Position numbers and translations under genes: made by a program. 64,000 nucleotides of DNA from Thermoanaerobaculia bacterium (GTDB lineage: Bacteria; Acidobacteriota; Thermoanaerobaculia; Multivoradales; UBA5704): contig JBIOUG010000142.1 of the NCBI GenBank assembly GCA_044866775.1, forward strand, positions 1,847-65,846, given 5' to 3'. Positions 54,094-64,000 of the stretch are shown here, piece by piece; the stretch's first letter is position 1; every line of letters begins with the position of its first letter. The notes under the pieces are model-generated. The model worked only from the letters and a program-made list of their open reading frames with translations, was not told the origin of the DNA and did not search any database.

Positions 54094-56091
54094 GTGGAAG
54101 AGCACTTTCTCCAGGAAGCGGTCGCCATCCTGGCGGCCGCCGTCGCGGTGGTCCTGCTCAGCCACCGCCTGCGCGTCCCCTCGGTCGTCGGCCTGCTGCT
54201 GACCGGCCTCTTGATCGGCCCTTCCGGGCTCGCCCTGGTCGCCGAGGTCGAGCGCGTCGAGCTGTTCGCCGAGATCGGCGTCGTCTTCCTCCTCTTCACG
54301 ATCGGCCTCGAGTTCTCGCTCGAGCGGCTGCGGCAGCTCCGCCGGCCCTTCTTCGCCGGCGGCTCGCTCCAGGCGCTGATGACGACGGCGGTGGTCGCGC
54401 TCCTCGCCGCGGCCGCCGGCGTGGCGCCGCCGCGCGCCATCTTCTTCGGCTTCGTCGTCACGCTGAGCAGCACGGCGATCGTGCTCAAGCTCTACGCCGA
54501 GCAGCGGCAGCTCGACGCCCCGCAGGGCAAGCTCCTGCTCGGCATCCTGCTGTTCCAGGACTTCCTGATCGTGCCGATGATCGTCCTCGTCCCAGTCCTG
54601 GCCGGCACCGCCGCCGCCTCGGCAGGGGCCGTGCTGCTGCGCTTCGTCCTCGCCCTGGGCATCGTCGGGCTGGTGTTCCTGATGGCGCGCTACCTCATGC
54701 CGCGCCTCCTCTACCTCCTGGTGCGCACCCGCATCCGCGAGGTCTTCGTGCTCGGCGCGCTGTTGGTCTGCCTGGGCATGGCGCTCTTGACCGCCGCGCT
54801 CGAGTTCTCGCTCGCCCTGGGCGCCTTCCTCGCCGGCATCGTCATCGCCGAGTCCGAGTACAGCCCACAGGTCGTTGCCGAGATCGCCCCCTTCCGCGAC
54901 GTCTTCACCAGCGTCTTCTTCATCTCGGTCGGGATGCTGCTCGACCTCGGCTTCGCCGCCGCGCACCTGCCGATGATCCTCGGGCTCGCCGCCGCGATGG
55001 TGCTCCTCAAGGGCGCCCTCGGCGCCGGCGCCGTGGCTCTCCTCGGCTTTCCCTCGCGCCTCGCCCTCGTGGTCGGCGCGAGCCTGGCCCAGGTGGGGGA
55101 GTTCTCGTTTCTGCTGCTCGAGATCGGCCGCGTCCAGGGGCTGCTCGACGGCGCCGCCTATCAGACCTTCCTGGCCGCCGCCGTGCTCACCATGCTCGCC
55201 ACACCGCTGCTCGTCGGGCTGGGGCCGCGCCTCTCGGGGTGGCGCCCGCAGGTCGCGGAGGAGGCGGGAGCCGGCGCGCTGCGCGGCCACGTGGTGGTCG
55301 TGGGGTTCGGCGTGGCGGGTCAGAACCTGGCGCGGGTGCTGCGCGCCGCCGGCATCCCGTACACCGTCGTCGAGCTCGACGGCAAGCTGGTGCGGACGGC
55401 GCGGGCGGCCGGCGAGCCGGTGCTCTTCGGCGACGCCACGCGGCGGGAGATCCTCGAGCACGCCGGCGTCGAGCGGGCGCGCATCGTGGTCTTCGTGATC
55501 TCGGACCTGGTGGCGGTGCGGCGCGGCGTCCGCCTGGCGCGCCAGCTCAACCCGGGGCTCCACATCATCGTCCGCACCCGCATGGTGGCCGAGATCGAGG
55601 ACCTGGCGCGGCAGGGGGCGGACGAGGTGATCGCCGAGGAGTTCGAAACCTCGATCGAGATCTTCACCCGCGTGCTCCAGCACTACCACGTGCCGGGCAA
55701 CGTGATCCGCGCCGAGACCCGTGTCCTGCGCGGCGAGAGCTACCGCATGCTGCGGACGCCGGGAGGCACGCCGCCGGCGGAGCTGCTGGCGATGCTCGCC
55801 GCCGGCACGACCGAGGTCTTCCGGCTCGAGGCGACGAGCCCCGCGGTCGGCAAGACGCTGCGCGAGCTCGACCTCCGCCGGCGCAGCGGCGCGACGGTGA
55901 TCGCCGTCGTGCGCGGCGAGCGCTCGCACACCAATCCGCCGCCCGAGCTGCGGCTCGAGGCCGGCGACGCGCTGGTGCTGGTCGGCAGCCACGTCGAGAT
56001 CGACCGCGCCTTCGAGCTGCTCGAGAAAGGGGTGCCGGTGGAGGAGCCCGCGGCGGTCGCGGGCGAGGCCGAACGGGTCACGATGCTCTGA
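54094..56091 (+). CDS. CPA2-family cation:proton antiporter (Kef-type) with C-terminal TrkA-N/TrkA-C domains
   Basis: About 12 TM Na_H_exchanger region (GLLLTGLLIGPSGL...). HVVVVGFGVAGQNLAR Rossmann. GTG start 8 nt after a TACAAT hexamer. Confidence 0.88.
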   Translation: MEEHFLQEAVAILAAAVAVVLLSHRLRVPSVVGLLLTGLLIGPSGLALVAEVERVELFAEIGVVFLLFTIGLEFSLERLRQLRRPFFAGGSLQALMTTAVVALLAAAAGVAPPRAIFFGFVVTLSSTAIVLKLYAEQRQLDAPQGKLLLGILLFQDFLIVPMIVLVPVLAGTAAASAGAVLLRFVLALGIVGLVFLMARYLMPRLLYLLVRTRIREVFVLGALLVCLGMALLTAALEFSLALGAFLAGIVIAESEYSPQVVAEIAPFRDVFTSVFFISVGMLLDLGFAAAHLPMILGLAAAMVLLKGALGAGAVALLGFPSRLALVVGASLAQVGEFSFLLLEIGRVQGLLDGAAYQTFLAAAVLTMLATPLLVGLGPRLSGWRPQVAEEAGAGALRGHVVVVGFGVAGQNLARVLRAAGIPYTVVELDGKLVRTARAAGEPVLFGDATRREILEHAGVERARIVVFVISDLVAVRRGVRLARQLNPGLHIIVRTRMVAEIEDLARQGADEVIAEEFETSIEIFTRVLQHYHVPGNVIRAETRVLRGESYRMLRTPGGTPPAELLAMLAAGTTEVFRLEATSPAVGKTLRELDLRRRSGATVIAVVRGERSHTNPPPELRLEAGDALVLVGSHVEIDRAFELLEKGVPVEEPAAVAGEAERVTML

Positions 56092-56386
56092 GCTTCTCGA
56101 GCTTGCGGTCGCGGTCGCCCTCGATGCGCCGCCGCTCGCGCACGTAGTCCTCCTCCTCTTCCTGCCGCTTGGCGGGCTCCCACACCGTCTGCAAGCGGTT
56201 CTGGTGCAGGATCTCGAGCTCGGCGAGCTTGGCCTCCGCCTGTCGCCGCACCTCGGCCATCTGCTCCCGCATCCCCTCCGGCAGCGCCCCCTCCTCCCGC
56301 GGCCGCTCGATCCCCTGCTTCTCCAGCCGCTCGAGCGCCAGCTCGTAGGCCGATTTCATGCCCGACGCCTTGTCCTTCTCCGCCAT
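56078..56386 (-). CDS. hypothetical charged coiled-coil protein (102 aa)
   Basis: Starts at the first ATG (MAEKDKASGMKSAYELALERLEKQ...). The longer track ORF runs into the tandem repeat and only has a GTG start. Confidence 0.45.
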   Translation of the reverse strand: MAEKDKASGMKSAYELALERLEKQGIERPREEGALPEGMREQMAEVRRQAEAKLAELEILHQNRLQTVWEPAKRQEEEEDYVRERRRIEGDRDRKLEKLRAS

Positions 56387-56408
56387 GGCGGGAGCATACA
56401 TGGGCGCG

Positions 56409-56534
56409 GACGGCTTGCCGAAGGCTTCGGATCGCGATCCGGAGTCTCCGGACGGCTTGCCGAACCGTTCGGCTGGCGAACCGGACGCCCCGGATCGCTT
56501 GCCGAACGGCTCGGCGCGTGATGCCGCGGGCCGA
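56409..56534. repeat. 42-bp tandem repeat, about 3 units, each with a 13-nt palindromic core
   Basis: Units start at 56409, 56451 and 56493 (gacggcttgccgaaGGCttcgg..., gacggcttgccgaaCCGttcgg..., gatcgcttgccgaaCGGctcgg...). Confidence 0.8.
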
Positions 56535-56682
56535 GGCCGAGTGTGCGTCGGGCGGTTCCCCCGGCGCTTTCGGGCGATCACCGGAAGCGCCGGGGAAGCT
56601 TCCCGGCCGGGGTCAGCTTCCCGCTGCGGTCGGCGCGTGGCCGGCCGGGCACAGTCGTCACTAGAAGAAAAGGAGGTGAATC

Positions 56683-57069
56683 ATGCCCACCAGAAGCCTT
56701 CCCGAGCAGATCGGGGACTGGAAGATCCTCAACGAGAACCTGAAGCCTCGGCTCTCGGAGATCCCGCTCCTGGCGCCGCTGCAGGCGGAGCTGGAAGCGC
56801 AGGTCGCCGAGGCCGAGCGCCTCGAGTCCGAGCAGGAGGTGCACAAGATGCGGCTGCGCATCACCAACGAGAAGCGCGCCGAGGTGGAGTCGCGCGGCCA
56901 CATCTTGAAGAGCCGCATCGAGTCGGTGCTCCGCGGCCATCTCGGCCACACGAGCAAGGAGCTCGTGCAGTTCGGCTTCAAGCCCCGCGTGACGACGCGG
57001 CGCCGCAAGCCCGTGGAGGAGCCCGAGCCCGAGCCTCAGCCCGAGGTGAAGGCCGTTGCCTCCACCTAG
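56683..57069 (+). CDS. hypothetical protein (128 aa), coiled-coil, Pro/Glu-rich tail
   Basis: Very strong SD AAAGGAGGTGA lies 5 nt before the ATG. No family recognised. Confidence 0.5.
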   Translation: MPTRSLPEQIGDWKILNENLKPRLSEIPLLAPLQAELEAQVAEAERLESEQEVHKMRLRITNEKRAEVESRGHILKSRIESVLRGHLGHTSKELVQFGFKPRVTTRRRKPVEEPEPEPQPEVKAVAST

Positions 57070-57148
57070 TCCCCTGACCCCGCGGCGGGAGGGACTTCCC
57101 TCCCGCCGCACCCTCTGTTCTCGAGTGATTTCTCCGCCCCGCGCGCGA

Positions 57149-57706
57149 CTACTCGAAGATCCTGGCCAACGGCATCTCGAGGCCCGGAAGCAGGGGAGTG
57201 GTGAGCACTTCGTCGGCCTCGGCGGACCGCTCCGCGACGAGCTCCAGGGCGTCGCCGGTGCGGCGGAAGATCCGGACGGTGTCGAAGAGCGGGTCGGCCA
57301 GCCAGTACTCGTGCACGCCCCTGCGCTCGTAGAGCTGGCGCTTGACGCCCTCGTCGACCTTGCGGGTTGAGGGGGAGAGGATCTCGATCACCAGGTCGGG
57401 CGCGCCCTGGAGGTTGAGCTCGGTAATGAGCCCCAGGCGATCCCGCGAGACGAACAGGAGGTCGGGCTCGACGACGTCCGTGGGCGAGAAGACGATGTCG
57501 TACGGAGCGACAAAGAGCCGACCGCAGCCGGTGCGCCTGGCGAATTCGCCCAGAACCACCGCCAGGTTCAGGACGACCGTCTGGTGTTTCGTATTCGGTG
57601 CCGCCGTCACGTAGAGCTCCCCGTCGATCAGCTCGTGGCGGAGGCCGTCGTCGGGGAGCGCCAGGAGGTCGTCGTAGGTGAGCTGGCGGTGAGCGCTGCG
57701 TGCCAT
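57149..57706 (-). CDS. Uma2-family (DUF820, PD-(D/E)XK-like) endonuclease
   Basis: YDDLLALPDDGLRHELIDGELYVTAAPNTKHQ...PDLLFV...APDLVIEILSPST...K..LYERRGVHEYWLADP. Confidence 0.85.
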   Translation of the reverse strand: MARSAHRQLTYDDLLALPDDGLRHELIDGELYVTAAPNTKHQTVVLNLAVVLGEFARRTGCGRLFVAPYDIVFSPTDVVEPDLLFVSRDRLGLITELNLQGAPDLVIEILSPSTRKVDEGVKRQLYERRGVHEYWLADPLFDTVRIFRRTGDALELVAERSAEADEVLTTPLLPGLEMPLARIFE

Positions 57707-58013
57707 CGATCGTGCCCTCGTGACCCCGATACTCTAGCAGCGCGCGCCCGCTCCGCCTGCGGCTCCTTCGGGCCGACACCGCCGCGCTGCCGTCTCGCCA
57801 CACTGGTAAGACGGAAAACGCCCGCCGAATCGTGCGCCGAGGCGCCACTTTGACGCCTGCGCCGCGTCGGAGTTGCTCCGCACCGAGCCGCTGGCGGCGC
57901 GCCTTCCCCGTCGCGCCCCGGGCCTTGCGACCGGCACGCGATTTGCCACCCCCGCGCGGCGGAGATAACCTCTGCCGCCCGCGGCGCGCCTCTCGCGGAA
58001 CCCGGAGGAAGCG

Positions 58014-59056
<1,043 letters not shown>

Positions 59057-59060
<4 letters not shown>

Positions 59061-59794
59061 GCGCGGTCGCCGCGACCTACGGGCGCGAGCTGCGCGCCTA
59101 CTTCGCCTCGCCGCTCGGCTGGCTGGTGCTCTTCTTCTTCCTGCTCGTCAACAGCATCGTCTTCGGCGCCCTGGTCTTCGTCTTGAACGACCCCAGGTCC
59201 GGCGGCGGGCCGCCGATGGAGGCGTTCTTCGGCGGCTTCCTGTTCTGGATCATGCTGATCGTCCTGCTGCCGGTCCTGACGATGCGGCTGATCGCCGAGG
59301 AGCTGCGCAGCGGCACGATCGAGGTGCTGATGACGGCGCCGATCAGCGAGGCCGAGGTGGTGGCCGGCAAGTACTTGGCGGCGCTGACCTTCTATCTCTT
59401 CCTCTGGCTGCCGACGCTGCTCTACGCGGCGCTCATCGCCTGGCACAGCGATGTCGACTGGGGGCCGATCGCGGCCGGCTACCTCGGGATCGTCGGGATC
59501 GGCGCGCTGTTCCTCGCGATCGGCCTCTTCGCCTCCGCCCTGAGCAAGAACCAGCTCGTCGCCGCGATGATGTCCTTCGCCATCATCCTGCCGCTCTTCC
59601 TGCTCGGCCTGCTCGAGTTCGTCTTCACCAGCGAGGCGATCAAGTCGACACTCGGCTACATCAACCTGGTCAACCACATGGACGAGTTCGCCCGCGGCAT
59701 CGTCGACACGCGCCACCTGGTCTATTACCTCTCGGCGACGCTCTTCTTCCTCTTCCTGACCACCCGCGCCCTCGAGGCGCGGAAGTGGAGGTAG
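59057..59794 (+). CDS. ABC-2 type permease (GldF-like)
   Basis: GTGA overlap with the ATPase stop. About 6 TM. MRLIAEELRSGTIEVLMTAPIS is typical of this family. Confidence 0.85.
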
Positions 59795-59799
59795 GCCCG

Positions 59800-61272
59800 A
59801 TGGCCGACCAGGCCCAGCGCCGCGCCCTCGTGCGCACCGGCACCCTGGGCGCCGGCGTGCTGCTCCTCGCCGCGCTCGTCGTCATCGTCAACTACTTCGG
59901 CGCCCGCTACTACAAGCGCTTCGACTGGACCGCGACACGCCTCTACTCGCTGTCGGAGAAGAGCAAGAACGTCCTCGCCGAGCTCGACGAGGACGTCACG
60001 ATCTACGTCTTCCTCGGGCCGCAGGACGAGCTGTACGAGCCGGTGCGCGAGCTGCTGCGGCGCTACCAGGCGGCCTCGCCGCACGTCCGCGTGCGCTTCG
60101 TCGATCCGGAGAAGAACCCGGTCGAGGCGCAGCAACTGGTCGAGAAGTACGAGATCACGAGCGCCGGCCTGGTGGTCGAGCGCGGCGAGGACCGGCGGGT
60201 GATCGACGGCTCCGAGCTCGCCGAGATGGACTTCTCGGCCATGCAGTTCGAGGGCGGGCAGCCGCGGATGGCCGGCTTCAAGGGCGAGCAGGCGGTCAGT
60301 AGCGCGCTGCTCCAGGTGACCGAAGGGCGGAAGCCCAAGGTCCTCGTCACCACCGGCCACGGCGAGGCGCGGCTCGACGACGTCGGCCCGCGCGGCCTCT
60401 CCGGGGCGCAGCAGGTCCTCGCCAACGACAACTTCGAGCTCGAGGAGTGGTCGCCGCTCGGGAAACCCGCGGTGCCGCCGGAGGCGAACGTGGTGGTGGT
60501 CGCCGGCCCCACCGGCACCTTCGTGCAGCCGGAGCTCGACGTCCTCGCCGCCTACCTCGGGCGCGGCGGCCGCCTCCTCGTCCTCCTCGATCCCACCCTC
60601 GCGGGCAGCGGCCTGGTCGACACCGGCCTCGGCCGCTGGCTCGCCGGGTTCGGCGTCAAGGCGGGCGAGGACATCGTCGTCGATCCGAGCAACCCGCTCC
60701 CCTTCTTCGGCCCCGAGACCATCTTCGCCAACCGCTACGGCGACCACGCGATCGTGCGGCCGCTGCAGCAGGGGAACCTGCCGGTGCTGCTGTCGCTGGC
60801 GCGCTCGGTCGGGCCGGGATCGACTCCCGGCTTCCCCGCGGCCCAGCTCGTCGAGACGACCGAGGCCGGCTGGGGCGAGACCAACCTGGCGGCGCTCGGG
60901 CAGGTGCACAAGGACCCGGCCGACGTCGGCGGCCCGGTGCCGCTGGCGGTGGCGGTCGAGGGCCAGGCGGCGGAGGCACCGACCGCTGCGGCCGCCCCGG
61001 TGCGAGCGCGTTTGGTCGTCGTCGGCGACTCCGACTTCGCCACCAACCAGCTCCTGCAGGCCAACCGCGCCAACGGCGTGCTCCTCGCCAACGCCGTCAA
61101 CTGGCTGGTCGAGCGCGAGGCGCTCCTCGCCATCCCGCCCAAGAAGACCGAGCAGGTGCGGCTCAACCTCACCCAGGGCCAGTTGCGCACGGTGGTCCTG
61201 CTCGCCGTCGTCGGCCTGCCGGTCCTGGCGCTCGGGGCCGGGATCTGGGTCTGGCGCCGCCGCCGGCGCTGA
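59800..61272 (+). CDS. GldG-family ABC transport auxiliary protein
   Basis: N-terminal TM, then NYFGARYYKRFDWTATRLYSLSEKSKNVL, and a C-terminal TM anchor. Confidence 0.8.
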   Translation: MADQAQRRALVRTGTLGAGVLLLAALVVIVNYFGARYYKRFDWTATRLYSLSEKSKNVLAELDEDVTIYVFLGPQDELYEPVRELLRRYQAASPHVRVRFVDPEKNPVEAQQLVEKYEITSAGLVVERGEDRRVIDGSELAEMDFSAMQFEGGQPRMAGFKGEQAVSSALLQVTEGRKPKVLVTTGHGEARLDDVGPRGLSGAQQVLANDNFELEEWSPLGKPAVPPEANVVVVAGPTGTFVQPELDVLAAYLGRGGRLLVLLDPTLAGSGLVDTGLGRWLAGFGVKAGEDIVVDPSNPLPFFGPETIFANRYGDHAIVRPLQQGNLPVLLSLARSVGPGSTPGFPAAQLVETTEAGWGETNLAALGQVHKDPADVGGPVPLAVAVEGQAAEAPTAAAAPVRARLVVVGDSDFATNQLLQANRANGVLLANAVNWLVEREALLAIPPKKTEQVRLNLTQGQLRTVVLLAVVGLPVLALGAGIWVWRRRRR

Positions 61273-61292
61273 GGCGCGAAGGCTTTCGCGCC
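61273..61292. repeat. 20-nt GC hairpin element, copy 1 (intergenic)
   Basis: GGCGCGAA-GGCT-TTCGCGCC, 21 nt before the DUF4340 gene ATG. Confidence 0.7.
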
Positions 61293-61312
61293 GAATCGAT
61301 AGGAGCGATCGC

Positions 61313-62755
61313 ATGAAGCCGCGCACGCTGCTCGTCCTGCTCGTCCTGGTCGCTGGCCTCGGCGCCTTCATCTGGTTCTACGAGCGCAAGCTCCCGTCGG
61401 GCGAGGAGCGCGCCGAGCAGGCGAAGAAGGTGCTGCAGCTCGAGCGCGACGAGATCGAGGCGATCGAGGTCGCGTGGCAGGGGCGAACGCTGCGGCTGGA
61501 GAAGGTGCGCGCTCCCGAGGCGACGTGGCGCATCGTCCGGCCGCTCTTCTCCGGCCAGCCGGCGCGCGCCGACGAGGCGACCGTGGCGCGCCTCCTCGAC
61601 TCGCTCCTCGGGCTCGAGAAGGCGCGCACGCTCGAGGACTTCGACCCCAAGCAGGTGGGCCTCGACCGGCCGCGCGGCACGGTGACCCTCGAGACGAAGG
61701 ACGGGAAGGAGGTGCTCTCGATCGGCGCCGCCGTCCCCACCGGCGCGAAGATGATCGTCGGGCGCCAGGGCGCCGACGCGGCGCGCGCGCGCGCCTTCGT
61801 GGTCGACGACGGGGTGCTGAGCGACCTCGAGCGCGCGCCCGGCGACTGGCGCGACCGCGAGATGTTCCCGGGCGAGCGCGCCGACATCCAGCGCATCACG
61901 CTGCGCGGCGGCGCGGGGGGGCCGGTGGTGCTGGCGCGGCAGGGCGAGGAGTTCCGCCTCGCGCGGCCGGCCGCCGACCGCGCCGACCGCGACCTCGTCG
62001 ACGCGCTGCTGACCGATCTCGCGGGGCTGCGGGCCGAGCAGTTCCTGGATGACCTCGATCGGGGCGCGAAGGCTTTCGCGCCGGGCTCCGATGGCGGCGC
62101 CCGCCCCGCCGCGCTCGGGCTGGCGCCGCCGCGGCGGGCGGTGGAGGTGGCGTTCACGGGCGGCACGCCGGCGGCGCGGATCGAGCTCGGGCGGACCGAC
62201 GCGACGACCGAGCTGACCGCGGTCCGGATCGGCCGGCAGCTCTTCGAGGCGCGCACCGGGCTCGGCGAGGCGACGGACCGCCCGCCGCGCGCCTGGCGCT
62301 CGCCCGCCTGGACCGGGCTCGAAGTGTTCGCGATCGACCGCGCGCGCTTCACCGACCCGGCGGGCACGGTCGAGGTCGTCCGCGCCGACACCGACTGGAA
62401 GCGCGGCAAGGACCTGATCTCCTTCACTGTCGTCTCGGACGTCCTCTTCGCCCTCAGCGGCGCCAAGGCCGACGCGCTGCTGACCGCCGCCGAGGCGCGC
62501 CAGCGCGGCATCGACCTCGCCAAGCCCACGCTCACGATCGCCCTCAACGGCGGCGGCCCGCCCAAGGGCGAGACGCTGACTCTCTACCCGCCGGCCGCGG
62601 GCGGCGTCCCCGCCCGCGCCGCCGCCCGCGACGTCGTCCTCCTCCTGCCGCCAGCGCAGGTCGCCGAGCTACAGGCCCGCCTCGCCGACCTGCGCCAGGC
62701 CGCACCGCTGCCGCCGGCGGAGCGGGAGAAGGACGGCGACACCGCCGAGGAGTAG
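61313..62755 (+). CDS. DUF4340-domain protein (partner of GldG-type ABC systems)
   Basis: MKPRTLLVLLVLVAGLGAFIWFYERK...IEAIEV is the typical DUF4340 N-terminus, in the usual position after gldG. Confidence 0.7.
   Translation: MKPRTLLVLLVLVAGLGAFIWFYERKLPSGEERAEQAKKVLQLERDEIEAIEVAWQGRTLRLEKVRAPEATWRIVRPLFSGQPARADEATVARLLDSLLGLEKARTLEDFDPKQVGLDRPRGTVTLETKDGKEVLSIGAAVPTGAKMIVGRQGADAARARAFVVDDGVLSDLERAPGDWRDREMFPGERADIQRITLRGGAGGPVVLARQGEEFRLARPAADRADRDLVDALLTDLAGLRAEQFLDDLDRGAKAFAPGSDGGARPAALGLAPPRRAVEVAFTGGTPAARIELGRTDATTELTAVRIGRQLFEARTGLGEATDRPPRAWRSPAWTGLEVFAIDRARFTDPAGTVEVVRADTDWKRGKDLISFTVVSDVLFALSGAKADALLTAAEARQRGIDLAKPTLTIALNGGGPPKGETLTLYPPAAGGVPARAAARDVVLLLPPAQVAELQARLADLRQAAPLPPAEREKDGDTAEE
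62063..62082. repeat. 20-nt GC hairpin element, copy 2 (inside the DUF4340 coding sequence)
   Basis: Identical 20-mer GGCGCGAAGGCTTTCGCGCC, encoding GAKAFAP. Confidence 0.7.
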
Positions 62756-62779
62756 CCGCCGGTAAGGCACGGAGGTCAC

Positions 62780-63769
62780 GTGAGAAGCAACGGGCCCGCG
62801 AGGTCGTTTCGCTGCTGTCTGGTTCTTCTCGCCTGGTGGTGCGCGGGTGGAGCGACCCGTGCCGCGGCGGACGACCGCTACGCTCCGCTCGTCGAGAGCA
62901 TCCTCGCCGCCTGGAACACGTTCGACGTCGTCTGTCTCGGCGAGGACCACGGGCGCAAGCACGACTCCGATCTGCGCCTCGCGCTGGTCCGGCACCCGGG
63001 CTTCCCGCGCGCCGTCGACGTCGTCGTCGTCGAGCTCGCCAACCCGGCGCATCAGGCCCTCCTCGATCGTTTCATCCTGGAGGGGGCGGCGATGTCGCGC
63101 GGCGAGCTCGCCCCGATCTGGCGCGACGCGAACGGCGCCGAGGTCTGGGAGAGCCCGATCTACGAGGCCTTCCTGCGCGCGGTCCGCGAGGTCAACCTCG
63201 GCTTGCCGCGCGAGGAGCGGGTGCGCGTGCTCGGCGGCGACACGGCGATCGACTGGCGGAGCATCACCCGCGCCGAGCAGCTCGTCCCACTCTTGAACCA
63301 GGGCCTCATGAACCGCGGCGGCAACATCCGCAAGCTCATCGCCGAGCAGGTCCTGGACAAGAAGCTCAAGGCGCTGGCGATCTACGGCTCGGGCCACTGC
63401 GTGAAGGTCGGCATGGGCTTCCCCGGCGAGCTGGCCGGCCGCTACCCCGGCCGCATGTGGTCCGTCTACACCTTCTTCGGCGAGGCAGGGATGCGGGAGG
63501 GCAAGCGGCTCTTCGGCCTCGGCGACAAACCCGCCTACATCCCCATCACCGGCACCCGCTGGGCGGCCCACCCGGCCGGCGACATGTTCCTGACCGGCCA
63601 GAGGGACCTGACGCTGGGCGACATGCTGGACGCCATCGTCTACTACGGCGACGTCTCAGACGTCGTAGTCCCAGCCGACCCGGCCGAGCTCCAGTCCAAG
63701 TACGGCCCCGAGCTCGAGCGCCGCCGCCGGCTCCTCGACGAGGCGTTGAAGCTGCAACGCCGGCCGTGA
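62780..63769 (+). CDS. secreted hypothetical protein (weak ChaN/TIKI-like resemblance)
   Basis: GTG start and a signal peptide. FDVVCLGEDHGRKHDSDLRLAL is reminiscent of the ChaN/erythromycin-esterase superfamily, which is weak evidence. Confidence 0.45.
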   Translation: MRSNGPARSFRCCLVLLAWWCAGGATRAAADDRYAPLVESILAAWNTFDVVCLGEDHGRKHDSDLRLALVRHPGFPRAVDVVVVELANPAHQALLDRFILEGAAMSRGELAPIWRDANGAEVWESPIYEAFLRAVREVNLGLPREERVRVLGGDTAIDWRSITRAEQLVPLLNQGLMNRGGNIRKLIAEQVLDKKLKALAIYGSGHCVKVGMGFPGELAGRYPGRMWSVYTFFGEAGMREGKRLFGLGDKPAYIPITGTRWAAHPAGDMFLTGQRDLTLGDMLDAIVYYGDVSDVVVPADPAELQSKYGPELERRRRLLDEALKLQRRP

Positions 63770-63790
63770 CGGCCTGCCTTGCCGTGATCG

Positions 63791-63991
63791 TTACGCGGGC
63801 CGATGCGGCGGTACGTCGGTGCGCTTCCTCGGTGAGCCGTAGAGGTAGTGGTCGTGCTGCTCTGCCCAGTCCTCCGGCGCATCGATCGTCCCGACGAGCG
63901 CATCCAGCTCGCTCCAAGCGTCACCGGACCTAGGCTCAGGAGGTAACTCCTCGATCGTCACTCGGTAAGGGCGGCCTGGCTCCAGCTCCAC
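63791..63991 (-). CDS. small hypothetical protein (66 aa)
   Basis: ORF only. The acidic C-terminal HDHYLYG motif is vaguely antitoxin-like. Close to the window edge. Confidence 0.3.
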   Translation of the reverse strand: MELEPGRPYRVTIEELPPEPRSGDAWSELDALVGTIDAPEDWAEQHDHYLYGSPRKRTDVPPHRPA

Positions 63992-64000
63992 CGGAGAGGC

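Noticed and set aside
52354-55992. 1212-aa ORF on the minus strand, and similar giants (24078..27737, 12998..15025, 43168..46047, 49499..52468)
   Set aside because: These are antisense to genes with clear family motifs (K+ channel/Kef, vWA anti-sigma, LanB, NrdJ, patatin). Their composition is typical of non-coding frames in ~70% GC DNA.
56395-56581. Reading the 42-bp repeats as a coding 14-aa peptide repeat extending the 56078..56386 gene
   Set aside because: The extension has only a GTG start and no SD. Both strands give equally repetitive peptides, and the covarying palindromic cores argue for a nucleic-acid-level feature. It remains possible and is listed as a refutation test.
57806-57845. 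Possible eighth, degenerate REP copy (gacggaaaacgcccgccgaatcgtgcgccgaggcgcc)
   Set aside because: It shares only the GAAAACGCCCG head, and the palindromic CCCGGG arms are absent.

Overview
High-GC (by eye about 70%) bacterial chromosomal window, densely coding on both strands. Gene content (a VWFA-related 'acidobacterial'-type protein, ECF sigma/anti-sigma pair, TPR-CHAT protein, GldG/DUF4340 ABC set) suggests an Acidobacteriota-like organism, but this is inference only. About 55 protein genes can be supported. Main points follow. (1) A compact class I lanthipeptide operon lies on the minus strand at 13121..21472, ordered lanT-lanA-lanC-lanB. lanT is a C39-ABC exporter with a ~370-aa GAF-like N-terminal extension. 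The 66-aa precursor has a double-glycine leader and a 36-aa core with 9 Cys and 14 Ser/Thr. (2) Two genes only make sense if an in-frame TGA is read as selenocysteine, and each TGA is followed about 20 nt later by a hairpin with a GGUC apical loop. One is a SelW/Rdx-like CxxU protein (23196..23456). The other is a MerB (organomercurial lyase)-like protein whose TGA sits at the position of catalytic Cys159 (34951..35625). (3) A 32-nt REP-like palindromic element is present in at least 7 copies, three of which supply the TAG stop codon of the adjacent gene. Further small repeat families are a ~70-bp hairpin repeat forming an inverted pair around the selW-like/GT2 genes, a 42-bp x3 tandem array with covarying palindromic cores, and a 20-nt GC hairpin in 2-3 copies. 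(4) There is toxin-antitoxin debris: an intact yoeB behind a 5'-truncated yefM, and an orphan Phd/YefM antitoxin. (5) The lower-GC left end (1..~4500) carries two IS110-family transposase remnants. No rRNA, tRNA or CRISPR array was recognised. All family assignments come from motif recognition by eye, and no searches were run. The ORF track translates GTG/TTG starts as M and, because of the GC content, contains many long spurious antisense or overlapping ORFs.
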